Origin: a virus
IMG/VR virus record: IMGVR_UViG_3300026288_000007
Location: 1 to 44,101 of that record
Strand: one strand, 5' to 3'
Length of the DNA: 44,101 nt
Position numbers and translations under genes: made by a program. Position 1 is the first letter of the stretch. The number at the start of each line of letters is the position of its first letter. Shown in pieces: positions 29,290 through 39,188 of the stretch. The notes beneath the pieces were generated by a model that saw only the letters and a list, made by a program, of their open reading frames with translations, searched no databases and was not told the DNA's origin.

Positions 29290-29318
29290 GGTGGGTGAAT
29301 TGATTCACCCACCTTTTT
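29290..29318 (+). terminator. Intrinsic terminator
   Basis: ggtgggtgaat-tg-attcacccacc then T5. Confidence 0.85.
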
Positions 29319-29331
29319 AAAAAAAAATAAC

Positions 29332-29577
29332 ATGAAATATAAAATTATCAAAAAAGTTGTACCCTCAAAATTCATTAACGAAAAAGGGAAAGTCGTAATT
29401 TTGTCAGAAAAGGATGAGACTGAACAGATAATAAAATCATCCTTATATCCGGATGGGACAAGGGTGTTGAAAGCGGCAACACAAGAAGATTTGAAGTATG
29501 CTTTTGAAAAATTGGGAATGACCGAATTTATTGAAGTTGCCGAAGAAGAAAAGCAAATTGATAATACGAAAAAATGA
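29332..29577 (+). CDS. Hypothetical protein
   Basis: 81-aa ORF with ATGA overlap into the portal gene. Confidence 0.7.
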   Translation: MKYKIIKKVVPSKFINEKGKVVILSEKDETEQIIKSSLYPDGTRVLKAATQEDLKYAFEKLGMTEFIEVAEEEKQIDNTKK

Positions 29578-30839
29578 TATTAACGACAATATCGGGCAAA
29601 AGAGTTATTAAAGGATTTGAATTAAACGACCCATTTCCGTTATTAGTTGAAGACAGTGCGGACATAATCAAGTTTTTTAAAAACTCTAAGATAGTACCTT
29701 ACAGCTATACAGAGAGTGGGACTGGGAACTCATTGCGTCCGCTATTGTCTAAGATATCAAGATTGTCGCACACCCAAAATGCTTGTATAACAAAAAAAGT
29801 CGAATTAGGCTTTACAGGTTCTTTATCATTATATTATTCAGACTTGTATTCCGATTTTGATACAACTAAAAGTGTTGATTATAATAGATACAGGGAAGCA
29901 AGTCAGTATATAATGTATGGAAAAAGAGGTGTGTTGGATTATTTTCAGGACGTTGCAAGAAACTATCTTATATACGGTGAGTGTTTTGTCGAATTGTCGA
30001 TTGTTAAGAGCGGCGATAAGTACATCCTTAACAACAGAATAATGCCGACAGAGGGCAGTTATCTATATAAGGATAATGATATTTATTATACCTATTTGCC
30101 GACATTAAAAGAAAATTCTGATATTACTCTATATCCCTTTTATCCTAACTTTGTCGAAGTTGAAGGGAGGATGATATCTATCTTGCATATAAAGAATGGT
30201 AACTACTTGTATGGTGAGCCTGATTCATTTGGAAGCATATACAAGCAATATAATGAGGTTCAGTTATCTGTTTACAATAACAAGCAGACGGATAACAATT
30301 TTATGGGCGTCACTATCTTAGAGGTTGAGGGTGACAATCCTGAAACAGGTATATCAATATCGACGGAAAGTTACGATTATAAAAGTGGTGATACAGTAGT
30401 AAAAAAGGATGCTGGTGTTGCATCCCGATTTGTTGATGCTACAACAAACAAAGGTAAAGCACCGCAGAGCATTATTTACATGGAACGTCCAGCCGATTCA
30501 ACGCCGATGAAAGTACATACAGTTGCACCGGTGACGAATGAGGGTTACTTTAAAACCCTTGCAGAGTTGAACAAAGATGCAATAATAATGAGTCATCGTT
30601 TATCCAGGCTGATACTTGGTTTTGAACAGGCAACAGGGTGGAACAAGGATGCTTTTAAAGATAATATATTAATAACAATGGAAACCGTTATCGCTTCTTT
30701 GCAAAAAAAGATTCTTGAGGCACATGATATTGTCGTTTCTGAAATTAATACAATGAACGGGTATGATGAATTAATCGGAGTAAACAGAAAGGTATTAAAT
30801 CCGATCGTACAATTATTTAGCAACGAAAATATAGATTAA
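29574..30839 (+). CDS. Portal protein, putative
   Basis: S.T.NACI..K, YLIYGECFVEL, YGEPD, IIMSHR...LILG patterns of lambda/PBSX-like portals. Confidence 0.75.
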   Translation: MILTTISGKRVIKGFELNDPFPLLVEDSADIIKFFKNSKIVPYSYTESGTGNSLRPLLSKISRLSHTQNACITKKVELGFTGSLSLYYSDLYSDFDTTKSVDYNRYREASQYIMYGKRGVLDYFQDVARNYLIYGECFVELSIVKSGDKYILNNRIMPTEGSYLYKDNDIYYTYLPTLKENSDITLYPFYPNFVEVEGRMISILHIKNGNYLYGEPDSFGSIYKQYNEVQLSVYNNKQTDNNFMGVTILEVEGDNPETGISISTESYDYKSGDTVVKKDAGVASRFVDATTNKGKAPQSIIYMERPADSTPMKVHTVAPVTNEGYFKTLAELNKDAIIMSHRLSRLILGFEQATGWNKDAFKDNILITMETVIASLQKKILEAHDIVVSEINTMNGYDELIGVNRKVLNPIVQLFSNENID

Positions 30840-31486
30840 TGTTTATATTGCCGGAAATGGTCGTTTTTATTGGAGGTGGTAAATTGAACTTCGAAACAAA
30901 ATGGATAGGTAGTATCCTTGATAGTGAGGAATATGCTTTTTTTGAAGAGTATCTAAACGCCGATGTTTACGATTGTCTTGAATCAAAAATAAACGATTGG
31001 GGACAGGTTACAATGTGGGAGGCATGCAGAGATTATGCAATAGGTGATTATGTCCTATATAATGGGAGTGTGTATAAGTTTATCGGCGTTGACAGTACGA
31101 ATGTCCCATTTAATGATTTGATAAATTGGGAATTGGCAAAAAGATTTGTCGATGATAATTTAAATAAATTATGGGAACGTCACTTACTAAGTGTCTTAGC
31201 AACAAAAATATATATGGCTGCTATTCCGGCAGCTACTTATCAAGTTAGTGCTGTAGGTGCAACGGCATTAACAGACACCAATGACGGATTAAGAGGGGTT
31301 ACAAAGTCGGAGATATCTCTATTGCTGGATTCGTGGGGACAGAGACTGTTTAATAAGGTGCAGCACATGAAAAATTATATTAACAAAAATATTGATACGT
31401 TGCCTTGTTTTGATTATCTGACAGGGTGCGGCAATAGTGGTATCAGGAATGAAAAAAAAGGTTCTACAAAAATATATTTCTTATGA
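30839..31486 (+). CDS. Head-tail adaptor, putative, with inserted CBM5/12-like motif
   Basis: Follows portal; W....Y..GD.V.YNG..Y motif. Confidence 0.55.
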   Translation: MFILPEMVVFIGGGKLNFETKWIGSILDSEEYAFFEEYLNADVYDCLESKINDWGQVTMWEACRDYAIGDYVLYNGSVYKFIGVDSTNVPFNDLINWELAKRFVDDNLNKLWERHLLSVLATKIYMAAIPAATYQVSAVGATALTDTNDGLRGVTKSEISLLLDSWGQRLFNKVQHMKNYINKNIDTLPCFDYLTGCGNSGIRNEKKGSTKIYFL

Positions 31487-31710
31487 GCTTAGCTGAAAAA
31501 TTAGGGGAACTATTAATACATGATACAGTGTCGGAGGATGAAGCAAATAGGAGGATAAAGATTTGCGAGGGGTGTGAGTTATTCGATGCTAAAACAAGAC
31601 AATGTACAATTTGTTCGTGTTACATGGATAGCAAGGTCAAGGCAAAAAGACATATTGAATTAACAGAATTTAAAGTCGTCGATACACATTGCCCTAAAAA
31701 CAAGTGGTAA
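31483..31710 (+). CDS. Small Cys-rich metal-binding protein (DUF6171-like)
   Basis: R..IC..C......C..C.C...K......CP..KW. Confidence 0.7.
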   Translation: MSLAEKLGELLIHDTVSEDEANRRIKICEGCELFDAKTRQCTICSCYMDSKVKAKRHIELTEFKVVDTHCPKNKW

Positions 31711-31740
31711 ACATTTTTTTAACATATAAATTATTGGATT

Positions 31741-32424
31741 ATGATTTTGTACAGACAAGCGAACGGGAAGGGTAATGTAAACTCTTTAGTTCAGATTGCC
31801 AACGGTGTATGTTGCCCGGATAGTGGCGACGTATGTCAATTTACTGCATCGGTAACAAAAGCAACTGTAGGGGCTATTACAGCATTTAGCGTAAAAGACA
31901 AAGACGGTGTTACGGTGAAGACTACTGTGCCGGCTGCAACAAATGCAAGAACATTGCGAGAAAACCTTGTTACTGCAATTAATGCCGCTGGTGGACGATT
32001 GTTTAACGGTGGAATTACAATTGATGATGATGGCACGAATTACAACATTTCCGGCATCGGTGAAGTTGTTATCGTTAGCTATTCAAAGGGTGGTTCAGAT
32101 ACAACTTTCACAAAAAATTGTACTGATGCCTATCAATGTATCCATTCGTTCTACTTGTTTGACGGTGTTGCGGGAGCGAATAACTTGACAGTTGGCGGAA
32201 CGACTACCTCATTAGGTGCTGTTACCTACCCTTCTACTACTGCCGCATCATTGAAAGCAACAGTAACTGGAATTGCCGGTGTTGTTGCTGCAAGTAGCGA
32301 TGTTGTAGCAGATGCGCTAAGACGTGGTTATCTTGTTACGGTAGCAGTGGATAGCGAAGTCGGAGTATTCTTGAATGGCGAAAGTGCATTTGACATTTCT
32401 TGTAAACCTTTATTCACGACGTAA
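31741..32424 (+). CDS. Structural/decoration protein, putative
   Basis: Thr/Ala/Gly-rich beta protein with its own terminator. Confidence 0.55.
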   Translation: MILYRQANGKGNVNSLVQIANGVCCPDSGDVCQFTASVTKATVGAITAFSVKDKDGVTVKTTVPAATNARTLRENLVTAINAAGGRLFNGGITIDDDGTNYNISGIGEVVIVSYSKGGSDTTFTKNCTDAYQCIHSFYLFDGVAGANNLTVGGTTTSLGAVTYPSTTAASLKATVTGIAGVVAASSDVVADALRRGYLVTVAVDSEVGVFLNGESAFDISCKPLFTT

Positions 32425-32453
32425 TGATCTTATTTTATTGAGTTTATTGTAAG

Positions 32454-32479
32454 GGGAGAGTTTCTTTCTCTCCCTTTTT
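32454..32479 (+). terminator. Intrinsic terminator
   Basis: gggagag-N7-ctctccc then T5. Confidence 0.75.
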
Positions 32480-32492
32480 ATTACCTTCAAAG

Positions 32493-35342
32493 ATGATAAA
32501 CATAACGTGTAATAATAAAGAGGTCAGAACTGGAACATGTGCAGATGTAGGGGATAGTAATGTTGTCGCATATATCTCTTTTTTTGATACAACAAACAAT
32601 ACAGAAAGGAAACTTTATCAACCGGTTTACGGCGACTTCAAAACAAGTACTGCTTATCTGTTCGACCTATCTGGTAACAGCATAACTTTAACTTATGCGG
32701 ATAGTAACAAGACAAGAGCTGAACTTGAGGACTTACTTGTCGATTGTTGTGGGTGTGTTGGAGGCGATGGCACTGTAACGAGTTTTTCGGCCGGTAATTT
32801 ATCCCCTTTATTTACCACAAATGTTGCTACTCCTACAACGACGCCGGCACTATCATTCAATCTATCAAATTGCAACCAATATCAAGTGTTTGGGCGTGTT
32901 GCAGCTGGTACTGGCGCACCGTCTTATGTACCATTAAATCCTATTGCGTTCAATGGGTTGGCGATACCTAACCGGGAGGTGGTGTTTGGGACTGGCACAG
33001 GGATAACGAGTAATCCAAACTTAACTTTTGATGTCGCTACATATCGGTTAAGCATAGGAGTATTAACAGGGGCAGGAACACATTCGCTCAATGTAGGGAT
33101 TAACAATACAACGTCATATCGATGTTTGACGGTAGGTGATAATATTAAGTTTGATGGGACACTCGGGTATCTATTAGGGGTTGGTTATGACATTAATTTG
33201 AATATGTCGGCTAACAGTGCGTATTCGTTGTTCGTTGGACAAAATATAAATGTTGCATCAACAGCAAGAGTTGCAAATAGTGATATAATAGGTTTTGGAC
33301 ATGCAATTAATGACACTGTACAATTATTATTTACAGTTATTTCGGGTCAAGGTAATTCAATAAATGGCTCGGGATATGTTCAATCTTGCGGCGTGGCAGG
33401 GTATAATAATACCTTTAATTCATCGGGTGGTATTGCTGCATCATTTGCATTCGGTCGTAATAACTCAATTAATCACAGCTATTCTTTAGCGATGGGTTAT
33501 GGTGTTGCAAGTACAGCAAGTAATCAGGCTAATTTTGCATTCGCAAATGGATACAGATTCATGGCGGACGGTACAACACAATGGATGGCGATAGCTAATA
33601 CAGGGTACGTAACAATAAACAATATCCCAACTGCTGCAAGTGCAACGGATATTCTTGTTTCAAATGGAGGCGTTGTAAGTACAAGGACAGTAGCATCGTT
33701 GGGAATACCGGTCATAACGCCGGCAGCGTTGACAAAAACAGATGATACAAATGTTACAATAAGTTTAGGAGGCACTCCGGCAACGGCATTGTTGCAAGGC
33801 GTTTCCTTAACCATGGGGTGGGCTGGAGTGTTGGCAATAACAAGAGGTGGAACCGGGTTAGGGTCTTTAGGAACGGCAAATCAATTATTAAGGGTCAATT
33901 CGGGTGAAACAGCATTAGAATACTTTACACCGACATGGACGTCTAATACCGGTACGGTTACAAGTGTAGCAGCGACAATGGCAGGGAATGCGGCAACTGT
34001 AACAGGTTCGCCGATAACTACATCCGGAACACTCGCCTTTTCTTGGTTAGGTTCGATATATCAATATGTTAGAGGGGATGGAACATTAGCATACTTGCCG
34101 GCTTCGGCAAATTATTTGACCGACTTGTTGGACGTAACAATAACATCACCGGGAACAGGGCAGTTATTAAGGTACAACGGTACAGAATGGGTAAACTGGA
34201 CGCCCAATTTCTTAACCTCAAATCAGACAATAACACTATCAGGCGACGTAACAGGAAGCGGTGCGACTTCTATCACAACTACAATAGGTGCAAATGCTGT
34301 AACGACGTCTAAGATAGCGAATACGGCCGTCACTTTTGCGAAGTTTCAAAACATAAACACAAACAGGCTTTTAGGTCGAAGTTCAGCCGGTTCGGGCAGC
34401 GTTGAAGAAATAAGCATCGGTACTGGGTTGTCATTATCAGGTGGTACATTATCAGCTTCGGGGGGAGGTGGTTCAGCGGTTTGGAAAGTTCAAGGAGGCA
34501 GCACGGATGCAACGACTAATACTCAAAATATTTACCACAATGCGAATGTGTGGTTAGGTGATGGCAGCGGTTCATCAAGCAGTTACAGGCTACAAGTAAG
34601 CGGTACATCATACTTAACAGGTTCGGTTACATTAAACAATATAACGACGATACAGGCGTGGAACAATGCGGCTTCACAACAGTTGAAGATAGCGCAATTA
34701 GATTCGTCAAACGTATTCAATTATGCGGAAAATTATCTAAAAATAGTCGGTGCAGGTGGCAACGCCGGAGATATTACGATATCGGCTTATCCACACACGA
34801 GAAAGGACACAATATCAGCTTATCCACGTAATGTTTTGGTCACAAACAGTTCAGGAAACCTATTGAGTTTGCCGGGCGAATGTTACAAGAATGACAATGT
34901 TAATACAACATTGTCAAGCGATGAAAGTCATTCGGCTGATTCAACGTGGAGAACGGTAACGTGGGACACGGTTAATACACCGGCGTGGTCGCAATATGGT
35001 GTAGATCCGACTTCGGGCAATATGAAGATGAAACTTCCTACGTCCACCTATGAATATGGTACACATCTGATATTAGTAACCCTTAATTATACAGGTGGTA
35101 CAGCTTCGGAAGTGAATGCGGAGATCCGAGTAAATGGGTCAACAGTGATTGGGTCAGCTACAACGAATGCTACGGCCTCAAAGAATACTTTAACTTTCTT
35201 CACAGTAATAGATAACAATGCGACTTATCAAGGTTTGGTTGTGTCTCTGCATCTAAGGATAGCGAGCGGGACCGGGAGTATTACTTTGAAGGAAGGGAGT
35301 AAGATGGTGATGATAGCGGCAGGCGCACCATTACCGGCATAA
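32493..35342 (+). CDS. Long tail fibre / adhesin
   Basis: 949 aa G/T/S-rich; GTVTS modules, YadA-like G..N repeats, L.DL.DV.I..P..GQ.L.YNG..WVN, LSGDVTGSG. Confidence 0.85.
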   Translation: MINITCNNKEVRTGTCADVGDSNVVAYISFFDTTNNTERKLYQPVYGDFKTSTAYLFDLSGNSITLTYADSNKTRAELEDLLVDCCGCVGGDGTVTSFSAGNLSPLFTTNVATPTTTPALSFNLSNCNQYQVFGRVAAGTGAPSYVPLNPIAFNGLAIPNREVVFGTGTGITSNPNLTFDVATYRLSIGVLTGAGTHSLNVGINNTTSYRCLTVGDNIKFDGTLGYLLGVGYDINLNMSANSAYSLFVGQNINVASTARVANSDIIGFGHAINDTVQLLFTVISGQGNSINGSGYVQSCGVAGYNNTFNSSGGIAASFAFGRNNSINHSYSLAMGYGVASTASNQANFAFANGYRFMADGTTQWMAIANTGYVTINNIPTAASATDILVSNGGVVSTRTVASLGIPVITPAALTKTDDTNVTISLGGTPATALLQGVSLTMGWAGVLAITRGGTGLGSLGTANQLLRVNSGETALEYFTPTWTSNTGTVTSVAATMAGNAATVTGSPITTSGTLAFSWLGSIYQYVRGDGTLAYLPASANYLTDLLDVTITSPGTGQLLRYNGTEWVNWTPNFLTSNQTITLSGDVTGSGATSITTTIGANAVTTSKIANTAVTFAKFQNINTNRLLGRSSAGSGSVEEISIGTGLSLSGGTLSASGGGGSAVWKVQGGSTDATTNTQNIYHNANVWLGDGSGSSSSYRLQVSGTSYLTGSVTLNNITTIQAWNNAASQQLKIAQLDSSNVFNYAENYLKIVGAGGNAGDITISAYPHTRKDTISAYPRNVLVTNSSGNLLSLPGECYKNDNVNTTLSSDESHSADSTWRTVTWDTVNTPAWSQYGVDPTSGNMKMKLPTSTYEYGTHLILVTLNYTGGTASEVNAEIRVNGSTVIGSATTNATASKNTLTFFTVIDNNATYQGLVVSLHLRIASGTGSITLKEGSKMVMIAAGAPLPA

Positions 35343-35382
35343 ATTATAAATATTAAATATGTATATTTGTGAAAAAAAAGAC

Positions 35383-35823
35383 ATGAAAATAAAAACAAAA
35401 GAGGTACAGAGAATTTACAACCTACTAAACATGAATTTTGATAAGGTTGAGGATTTTGATATAGCTGTAAAACTCAAAGAGATAATGAATGTACTTGAAA
35501 GTAAGAATGAGATCATTAACATAGCATTGGCAGCGATAGACCGGAAACATGCGAAAAGGGACAAAGCTAACAATATTATAAAAGAAAAAAGAATAATTCC
35601 ACAATATGACGGTACAAAGATTATTGAAAGTTTTGAAATGGCTACAATACATAAGGATGAAGAAGGATTTGAAAGTGAAATGAACGCTAAAATGAATGAA
35701 TTGCAAGACGTTGATATTGTACCTATTGTAATAGATAGCAAAGAAGATGCGTTGTCGATATTTGGTGAAAACTCATTAAGGTTAGTTATAGAATTTAACG
35801 GAATAATAATAAATATTAAATGA
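35383..35823 (+). CDS. Hypothetical protein (possible fibre chaperone)
   Basis: Follows the fibre; TATATTTG at 35362-35369 suggests the start at 35383. Confidence 0.65.
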   Translation: MKIKTKEVQRIYNLLNMNFDKVEDFDIAVKLKEIMNVLESKNEIINIALAAIDRKHAKRDKANNIIKEKRIIPQYDGTKIIESFEMATIHKDEEGFESEMNAKMNELQDVDIVPIVIDSKEDALSIFGENSLRLVIEFNGIIINIK

Positions 35824-36179
35824 AAGCATTAAAAAAGAAAATCGAAGTTCAACAAGGTAATAATGAAGCGTATGGCGTAGTAACATATTTGCCGGGCAAA
35901 ACATATATAAGTACTGTGTTTGCATATTTGGATTATAATTCTAAAATAGCAAACATTAACATTGTCTTTACTGACAAAGATGGTCAAATTGTTAATCATC
36001 CTCAAGTCAAAACACTATCTATTGAAAAAGATAGGGCTTGGATTAATGGAGAAGCGGACGAAACAATAAAATTCGACAATGTAATATCGGAACTGGTTGG
36101 CGAAATAACCGACAATGGTTGGAACTTATTGAAGCGCATAAAGATATATGATGAATATTTATTAAGTGAATATTTGTAA
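35820..36179 (+). CDS. Hypothetical protein
   Basis: Coupled to neighbours by ATGA and TAATG overlaps. Confidence 0.7.
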   Translation: MKALKKKIEVQQGNNEAYGVVTYLPGKTYISTVFAYLDYNSKIANINIVFTDKDGQIVNHPQVKTLSIEKDRAWINGEADETIKFDNVISELVGEITDNGWNLLKRIKIYDEYLLSEYL

Positions 36180-37717
36180 TGAATACTAAATTAGAAAATG
36201 TAACACTCATTGAGGATTATAACGGTTGGATAACCGGTAGCGACGGTGTATCAAGGCGTATTGATGGGCTGCATATAGTGGCAAACAGTATTGATTATTA
36301 TATTAATCCGATTTTTTTTAGCATCAAAGACGGTGTGTTATACGTAAAGGATAAGTGTAGTTGCTATACTATTAAAATAAGCGATACGACATATACCGAA
36401 AGCGAGTTGAAACACATGCTATTGAATGTCTATATGTTATCAATTAAGTGGTCGGATCTGGTTTCATTGCGAGATAGTAATATGTTAATAGCAGGGCAAC
36501 AGTACCGGATAACGGATTACACATGTACGACTGTTCAGGGCGATTCAAGGAGCGAGGGCAACGATTTTGACATTATTGTTGTAGCGGATTCTAATAATAA
36601 GCTGAATGAGGCAGCAAGGGCAATAAGGAGGGGCGGAGATACTTATTTTCCGTCCGATACACTTTTTGAGGCGTGGGAACTAAAGTACTGTATCGACAAT
36701 GATACTGATAGATTCGCTTGGGCTGATTCTGTTAACGGAAAGGGGGTTATCTATTATCTTAAAGATGAATGGAGCAATGAAGCAGCGTATGATTTCAAAT
36801 CTATAACTTTTTGCAATTTGAATACGGCAGGTGTAGCTACTTATAATAATTTGCCGAATGACGGTTCACAATATTATTACACATTCAATCTTATCAATAC
36901 TGCAAGGAATAACGGAGATTATGCAACGTGTATGAGCTTAGACGCTTCTATATATAACAATGTTAATATATCAAATTCAGCGGGTCAAATAAGCGGAGTT
37001 CACAATCTCAAAATCGGGGCATACAGAGACGAAAACAAGAGAAAGTTAAATAAGATAGTGTTATTTGTCGTAATGGCTTATGGCGATGGCAGTTATGGCA
37101 TTACGATAGGAGATTCAGGGTATGATATTGTTTTTGGTCATACATCGAAGTCAATTAGGATGGGCAACGGATTCTACTCAATGACATTTGGGAATTATTG
37201 CGACTCAATGACCTATGGGAATTTTTGCTACTCAATGACATTTGGGGATTATTGTAACGCAATGACCTTTGGGGATTATTGTAAAAGGATTAATTTTGGG
37301 GAAGGATGCGACTCAATGACATTTGGGAATTATTGCTACTCAATGAGATTTGGGGATTATTGTAACGCAATGACATTTGGGAATTATTGCGACTCAATGA
37401 CCTTGGGGGATGGATGCTACTCAATGACATTTGGGAATCTTTGCAATAATTTAACGCTCCCAGATAACAGCACATTCGGCACAATAAATGTTTTAGGTGC
37501 TGTAACAGGAGGCGGTTCGGGAATGGATTTAGCGGATAATGACCCTACATTATTTCAAACGTGGTTAGGCGCAGGGAATGAATCAAATATTATTGAAATA
37601 CGACAAGTCAAAAAAACAGGGGCAGAATCGACGTGGAAGTACATAGCGCAATACATTGACCAAAATGGCGTATTGCAAACAAAAACAAAAACAGGAACAG
37701 CAGGAACATGGGTTTAA
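36179..37717 (+). CDS. Second fibre / receptor-binding protein with 9-aa beta-solenoid repeats
   Basis: L..LRD...L..GQ.YRITDY, GKGVIY..KDE..N...YDFK modules; 10 copies of CxSMTFGxY. Confidence 0.75.
   Translation: MNTKLENVTLIEDYNGWITGSDGVSRRIDGLHIVANSIDYYINPIFFSIKDGVLYVKDKCSCYTIKISDTTYTESELKHMLLNVYMLSIKWSDLVSLRDSNMLIAGQQYRITDYTCTTVQGDSRSEGNDFDIIVVADSNNKLNEAARAIRRGGDTYFPSDTLFEAWELKYCIDNDTDRFAWADSVNGKGVIYYLKDEWSNEAAYDFKSITFCNLNTAGVATYNNLPNDGSQYYYTFNLINTARNNGDYATCMSLDASIYNNVNISNSAGQISGVHNLKIGAYRDENKRKLNKIVLFVVMAYGDGSYGITIGDSGYDIVFGHTSKSIRMGNGFYSMTFGNYCDSMTYGNFCYSMTFGDYCNAMTFGDYCKRINFGEGCDSMTFGNYCYSMRFGDYCNAMTFGNYCDSMTLGDGCYSMTFGNLCNNLTLPDNSTFGTINVLGAVTGGGSGMDLADNDPTLFQTWLGAGNESNIIEIRQVKKTGAESTWKYIAQYIDQNGVLQTKTKTGTAGTWV
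37172..37441 (+). repeat. 27-bp in-frame tandem repeat x10
   Basis: Unit consensus tgc(g/t)actcaatgacatttgg(g/a)..ttat. Confidence 0.92.
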
Positions 37718-37728
37718 ACAAACATACT

Positions 37729-37905
37729 ATGAAAAAAATAATATCTTATTTGCCGGTAATAATAGGCTTTATTGTCTTTCTAATTGCGGATTATATCACT
37801 AAAGATATGCCGATATTCGTCAATAACGATTTTATGGCGTTATGTTATATATTGCCAATAATGATATCGGTAATATTTTTCTACATTCTCAAAGAAAAAG
37901 AATGA
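37729..37905 (+). CDS. Small 2-TM membrane protein
   Basis: Two hydrophobic segments; in the lysis region. Confidence 0.65.
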   Translation: MKKIISYLPVIIGFIVFLIADYITKDMPIFVNNDFMALCYILPIMISVIFFYILKEKE

Positions 37906-38240
37906 CGGCAATAGTAATCATATACATAATATTTATAATATTTAGTGCGAAGATTGATGCTGAACACATAAACAGGCAGCAGTACTTTAGCGACCATTTT
38001 AGCCGTTTTGTGCTTCGATTTGTGGTAACATTAGGTATGAGTTCAGGAGTATTGGAGTTCGTTCTCCTATCGTCTTTATTTTGGGTAATTTTCGATATTA
38101 CATTAAACTACTTCACAGGTAACAAATTGCTTTATGTTGGAAAAACTGCATGGATAGATAAACAGTTCAACAAGATACCGATTGTCTATTTCTTATTAAA
38201 ATTAATCGTATTGACAATATCTGTTATATGTTACATCTAA
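37902..38240 (+). CDS. Membrane protein
   Basis: Several hydrophobic segments, FDITLN...YVGKTA..D; ATGA overlap with the upstream gene. Confidence 0.7.
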   Translation: MTAIVIIYIIFIIFSAKIDAEHINRQQYFSDHFSRFVLRFVVTLGMSSGVLEFVLLSSLFWVIFDITLNYFTGNKLLYVGKTAWIDKQFNKIPIVYFLLKLIVLTISVICYI

Positions 38241-38764
38241 AATCATTGATCATAAAATATCCTACATTGATAAACTTATCAGCTACGATAATTACAAGCC
38301 TACTTGCATATATGCAGATTATTATTGTAGATAATATTAATATGTTTGTTGCAATATTTTGGGTGGTTTTACTTGACTTCATTTTTGGCGCAATACTTGC
38401 AATAAAGAGGCATGAGTTTAAGACGAAAAAGGCTATGAAAATAGTATATTATTTGTCAACTTATTGGGCAATACTATTTGTCGTCCTTTCAATAGAAAAG
38501 GCGCATCCTGCCGCATATTGGGCGAGCGAAGGGATCGTATTACCGATACTCATATTTCAAATTATATCCGCCCTAAAGAATGCAACCGAAATCGGACTAA
38601 TACCGAATGGGTTGTTAAAAGAATTACTCAAAAGCATTGATAAACACAAAAACAGAGTAATTGAAGATACCGGGAATATATTAACAAATGCAAGCGATAA
38701 TTATGGACAAGATATCAATAGAACGGATTCAGACACTACATCCGTCGATAAGAAAGAAAGCTGA
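38228..38764 (+). CDS. Holin
   Basis: LDFIFG..A...F...K and ISALKNA..IG patterns of phage holin_4_1 type; precedes the endolysin. Confidence 0.8.
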   Translation: MLHLKSLIIKYPTLINLSATIITSLLAYMQIIIVDNINMFVAIFWVVLLDFIFGAILAIKRHEFKTKKAMKIVYYLSTYWAILFVVLSIEKAHPAAYWASEGIVLPILIFQIISALKNATEIGLIPNGLLKELLKSIDKHKNRVIEDTGNILTNASDNYGQDINRTDSDTTSVDKKES

Positions 38765-39188
38765 ACAAGACTATCTTGCAGCGAACAAATTATTACCGCA
38801 CGGTGTTCGACTTAGGATAACACAGGCTCTTAGAACGTGGGATGAACAAACAGCGTTGTATGCACAAGGGAGAACAAAAAAAGGAATAATCGTTACAAAA
38901 GCGAAGGCCGGGGATAGTTGGCATAATTACGGACTTGCAATAGATATCGTGATTATCTTAGACACCAATAACGACGGACTGTTTGAAACAGCTTCATTCA
39001 AAATTGATAAATATTGGATGATAGTAACTAACTATCTTAAATCAAAAGGTTGGAATTGGGGCGGTGATTGGAAAACATTTAAAGACTATCCTCATTTTGA
39101 AATAACACACGGATTCAGTCTATCAGAAGCAAGGCGGCGATACATGCAACGCAAAATCATTCCGAACACTCAATACATAACACTATGA
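38703..39188 (+). CDS. Endolysin, M15 family (L-Ala-D-Glu peptidase-like)
   Basis: RT.DEQ..LYAQGRT, SWHNYGLAID, WGGDW, DYPHFE. Confidence 0.95.
   Translation: MDKISIERIQTLHPSIRKKAEQDYLAANKLLPHGVRLRITQALRTWDEQTALYAQGRTKKGIIVTKAKAGDSWHNYGLAIDIVIILDTNNDGLFETASFKIDKYWMIVTNYLKSKGWNWGGDWKTFKDYPHFEITHGFSLSEARRRYMQRKIIPNTQYITL

Noticed and set aside
37172..37441. CRISPR array or DGR variable/template repeat
   Set aside because: Units are contiguous and in frame with no unique spacers, variation is not adenine-specific, and no reverse transcriptase or cas gene is present.
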